Of a DNA stretch of 41,798 nucleotides, positions 38,562-41,798 are shown in pieces (position 1 is the first letter of the stretch; each line of letters begins with the position of its first letter). The position numbers and the translations under genes were made by a program. The notes under the pieces are model-generated. The model was not told the DNA's origin, searched no databases, and saw nothing but the letters and a program-made list of their open reading frames with translations. The stretch lies in sequence record SRR20825010_2030, one strand, 5' to 3'.

Positions 38562-39134
38562 ATGAGCATGCATATCAATGACGAGAGTGACACACTGACC
38601 GAACTCGGTCCGGAGCAGTTGCGCATCCTCAATACACTGGTGATCGTGGACAACATGCCCATGTTCACCATTTTCCGTACAGTTCTCGAAGATCTTGGTC
38701 TGCGCCGTGTGGTGCATGGCAAAACCACGGAAGGCGTTGTCAAAACACTGATGAGCGAGCCAATCGACCTCATCATTATCGACGACATGTCACCGCTGGA
38801 CGGTGTGAAATTTCTGAATTTTCTGCGCAAAGGCTCCAAGAAACTGCCCAATGCGCTGCCCGTCATGTTCGTTACGGCGCGCGCGGAGAAGGAACGCATT
38901 CTCGCCGCCCGCGATGCCGGTGCCAATGAAATCATGCTGAAGCCGTTTACCGCCGCTCAGCTCAAGGCACGCTTGACGACCACGGTACAAAAGCCACGCA
39001 CGTTTGTGGAATCCGACGCTTATGTCGGGCCGGACCGCCGCCGCCGCCGCGATGACGGCACGTCCTTTGAACGTCGTTCCAACGAACGTGGCTCAGACCG
39101 CCGCCAGATGGTCGATCCCGCTATCCTCGACTAA
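38562..39134 (+). CDS. CheY-like receiver with arginine-rich tail (Cle-like)
   Basis: VIVD, IIIDD, VTA, LKPF; C-terminal KPRTFVESDAYVGPDRRRRR..ERR..DRR. Confidence 0.87.
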   Translation: MSMHINDESDTLTELGPEQLRILNTLVIVDNMPMFTIFRTVLEDLGLRRVVHGKTTEGVVKTLMSEPIDLIIIDDMSPLDGVKFLNFLRKGSKKLPNALPVMFVTARAEKERILAARDAGANEIMLKPFTAAQLKARLTTTVQKPRTFVESDAYVGPDRRRRRDDGTSFERRSNERGSDRRQMVDPAILD

Positions 39135-39146
39135 GCCGTACTCCAC

Positions 39147-40685
39147 TCAAGGTGCGCAAGCATCCTTATAGGTCTCGCGCAGCAGGTTCTTTTGAACCTT
39201 GCCCATTGTGTTGCGCGGCAGGCTCTCCACAACGAACGCGCGCTTTGGCACTTTGTAATTGGCGATCTTGTCTTTCAGACGCGCGATCAATGTCGCTTCG
39301 TCAAGATTTGCGTCCTTGTTCAGAACCACCACAGCCACGCCCGCCTCACCAAAATCGCGGTGCTTCACACCGACAATCGCACTTTCAAGAACTTCGGGCA
39401 TGTCATCTACCAGTTCTTCGATTTCCTTCGGATAGACATTGAAACCGCCAGAAATGATAAGATCTTTGGCGCGCCCCACCAGATGCACATAGCCTTGCGC
39501 ATCGGTCATGGCGACATCGCCTGTCTTGAACCAGCCTCCTTCGGCAAATTCTTCAGCGGTCTTTTCGGGCATACGCCAATAGCCTGAAAACACGTTCGGT
39601 CCGCGCACCTGCAAATCTCCGATTTCGCCGGCTGCGCATTCCGTTTCGCCCTCCATCACGCGCGTCTCGACACCGGGCAGCGGAAAGCCCACCGTCCCTG
39701 CGCGGCGTTCACCGTCATAAGGGTTCGACGTGTTCATCCCTGTTTCAGTCATGCCATAGCGCTCAAGGATCGCAAGTCCCGTGCGGCTCTTGAACTCCTC
39801 GAATGTCTCTGCGAGCAGCGGCGCGGAGCCGCTGGTGAAGAGCCGCATATGCGCGGTCAATCCTTTGTCGAATTTCGGCTCGTCCAGAAGGCGCGTATAG
39901 AAAGTCGGCACTCCCATGAACACGCTGGCTTCGGGCAAATACTCGATCACTTGGCGCGCATCGAATTTCGACAGCCAGATCATCTTCGCACCCGATAACA
40001 AAGCTGTATGGCAAGCCACGAAAAGCCCATGGGCATGAAAGATCGGCAGCGCGTGAAGCAGCACATCATTCTCGCTGAAACGCCACGCGTCGCGCAGCGC
40101 CAGACCATTGGCTGCCAGATTGCCATGGCTCAGCATCGCGCCTTTGGGCTTTCCCGTTGTGCCCGATGTGTAAAGGATCGCGGCCAGATCATCCGATTTG
40201 CGATCCACTGCTGGTCGCGCTTCACGCACGCGGTTTGCTGCTTCCTTGAAACTGCCTCGGCCTTGCGCATCCAGCGTCAGCACCTGCATCTGCCCGTGCG
40301 CGCGAGCAATCTTCTGCATCTCGTCCTCGCGGGTAGGATCGCACACCATCAAGGCAGGCTCGGCATTGCCGACGAGATAATCCACCTCGTCAGTGCGATA
40401 GGCGGTGTTCATTGGCAGAAAAACAAATCCACCGCGCAGACAAGCCAAATAGAGAAAGAAGGCCTCGGGCGACTTCTCCACCTGCACGGCCACACGGTCG
40501 CCGGGCATCACACGCAGCTCGGCAATCAGGCTCGCGTATCGCGCCACATTTGCTTGTAGATCGGCAAAGCTCCAGCTTGAGCGCACCGCCTTGCCCTGCC
40601 CGGCACGGTCAGGCGCTTCCAGTGCAATCTGACGACGGTCATCGGGAAAGGAGTTTTCAAACAATGTGTAAAGCGAAGTCGCCAT
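39147..40685 (-). CDS. matB: Malonyl-CoA synthetase (malonate--CoA ligase)
   Basis: VQVEKS, YTSGTTGKPKG, HALPIFHAHGLFVA, MGVPTFYTRLL, ERYGMTETGM, LPRNTMGKVQKN. Confidence 0.9.
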   Translation of the reverse strand: MATSLYTLFENSFPDDRRQIALEAPDRAGQGKAVRSSWSFADLQANVARYASLIAELRVMPGDRVAVQVEKSPEAFFLYLACLRGGFVFLPMNTAYRTDEVDYLVGNAEPALMVCDPTREDEMQKIARAHGQMQVLTLDAQGRGSFKEAANRVREARPAVDRKSDDLAAILYTSGTTGKPKGAMLSHGNLAANGLALRDAWRFSENDVLLHALPIFHAHGLFVACHTALLSGAKMIWLSKFDARQVIEYLPEASVFMGVPTFYTRLLDEPKFDKGLTAHMRLFTSGSAPLLAETFEEFKSRTGLAILERYGMTETGMNTSNPYDGERRAGTVGFPLPGVETRVMEGETECAAGEIGDLQVRGPNVFSGYWRMPEKTAEEFAEGGWFKTGDVAMTDAQGYVHLVGRAKDLIISGGFNVYPKEIEELVDDMPEVLESAIVGVKHRDFGEAGVAVVVLNKDANLDEATLIARLKDKIANYKVPKRAFVVESLPRNTMGKVQKNLLRETYKDACAP

Positions 40686-40724
40686 GGGATCGCAAAGCTC
40701 TTGGATTGGAATTAGAAATCAGGA

Positions 40725-41744
40725 CTACCAGCGGTTCTGCACTTCTTCTGCAAACCCCTGAAACCGCTTCACGTCAAGTTTACGCCCGTCATCGAGAACA
40801 ACAAAGCCTGTGAAATGACCGAACACCTGATGCTGTATTGAACGCAAAACCTTGATATCAAATGTCGCGGCACGATCGATTACTGGCTCGAAACTCATCT
40901 CGAAGCGACCATCATTGCTGATGAAGGTCCATGGCTCGCCCGCAAAGCCTGACGCCGGGATTTGCCAGTCGATCCGGTCGAGCTTATGCGCGCGGCCTTC
41001 ATAGAAAACCATGTTTTCCGATGCTGCTGAAGTATCGCCGAAACCATAGCCGATATTGAAACCAAAGCTCTTTCCATCAAGCAGTCCGGACGCTGACCCC
41101 CAATACCACGTATTGTCATAGGTCCAGACGCCGCGTCCCCAGTCGAGCAACCCGAAAGATGTCGCCGGCGCGAAAGCATAATCGCGCCCGTCAAACCGCA
41201 TCTCGCCGGTTGCTGCCATGCAGTTGATTTTCTGGTTGTAGTAAAATGCCCGCGGCGCATCGGCAAACGGTGTCGCGATGACCATCCGGTCCATATCGGG
41301 TTGCGCCAGATGCACTTCGCCTTTTAGCCCGCGCCCGCCACCAAACGAGGGCGCATTGACGCTCAGCACCCGACCGCCATCAACATGACGGAAGGCGATT
41401 TCCATTTTGGGATGGCTCTGGACAATATCGCCCGCATCGGCGCTCTCAGGCAGGCCCATCCGTCCGCGCGGAAAGCCAATCATCGGACCTTCGGTCACTT
41501 GCGACGGCGTTTTGAAATCCAGCCAGGATGCAGAAAGCAACCCCATGTAAGAATTGTCGGCCACGGTAAGCGCAAAACCGAAATCCTCGTTGAGGACGCA
41601 GTAATAGTCCCATTCCTTGATGCGATACCACGGTGCCTTGATTGCGGCGCGCTGATAACGCTTCACTTCTGCGGTGGCATAGCCTGCCTCGACAAGATGT
41701 CCTTTGGCGTCCAGCAGATCGCCCTCACTCAATCGGTGTTGCAT
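40725..41744 (-). CDS. DUF2804 domain protein
   Basis: RIKEWDYY, FYYNQKINCM, LDWGRGVWTY..WYW, SENM, QHQVFG, GFAEEVQNRW. Confidence 0.8.
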   Translation of the reverse strand: MQHRLSEGDLLDAKGHLVEAGYATAEVKRYQRAAIKAPWYRIKEWDYYCVLNEDFGFALTVADNSYMGLLSASWLDFKTPSQVTEGPMIGFPRGRMGLPESADAGDIVQSHPKMEIAFRHVDGGRVLSVNAPSFGGGRGLKGEVHLAQPDMDRMVIATPFADAPRAFYYNQKINCMAATGEMRFDGRDYAFAPATSFGLLDWGRGVWTYDNTWYWGSASGLLDGKSFGFNIGYGFGDTSAASENMVFYEGRAHKLDRIDWQIPASGFAGEPWTFISNDGRFEMSFEPVIDRAATFDIKVLRSIQHQVFGHFTGFVVLDDGRKLDVKRFQGFAEEVQNRW

Positions 41745-41772
41745 GGAAACCTTCTGTAGAAGTCGGGGAATC

Positions 41773-41798
41773 TGGAGCGGGTGAAGGGAATCGAACCC
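41773..41798 (-). tRNA. 3' end of a tRNA, probably tRNA-Gly (cut by the window edge)
   Basis: Minus strand GGGTTCGATTCCCTTCACCCGCTCCA: T-arm with TTCGA loop, acceptor strand ACCCGC, discriminator U and encoded CCA. The anticodon lies outside the window. Confidence 0.85.

Noticed and set aside
1-41798. CRISPR array, prophage, IS element or integrase
   Set aside because: No regularly spaced repeats and no cas, transposase, integrase or virion-like ORFs were recognised; the S24 repressor sits in housekeeping context.

Overview
A 41.8 kb, gene-dense core-chromosome segment of an alphaproteobacterium. The evidence is PodJ, class I LysRS, the DUF952-pyrD-S24 repressor block and Cle-type receivers; a Parvibaculum-like lineage is plausible but is inference only. 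It holds about 40 CDS for lipid/acyl-CoA catabolism (acyl-CoA dehydrogenase, LiuR-like MerR regulator with its operator, three PaaI thioesterases, an SDR, an HSL esterase, MatB), cell polarity (PodJ), DNA repair (Lhr-core helicase + PdeM/MPE, DinG) and transport (MscS, MATE, TauE, UPF0016 Mn exporter under a yybP-ykoY riboswitch). It ends in the 3' end of a tRNA-Gly. No integrase, transposase, prophage or CRISPR array was seen. Most notable: (1) a candidate c-di-GMP effector module, an MshEN-domain GT2 synthase followed by two Cle-like receivers with Y/F-x-G-P-D-R-R tails; (2) a membrane pseudo-histidine kinase in which both the H-box His and the His of a C-terminal Hpt-like domain read Arg; (3) a 34-bp near-perfect palindromic operator before a LexA/CI-like S24 repressor; (4) an orphan XAC2610-like secreted protein. 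All calls come from motif recognition by eye; no searches were run.
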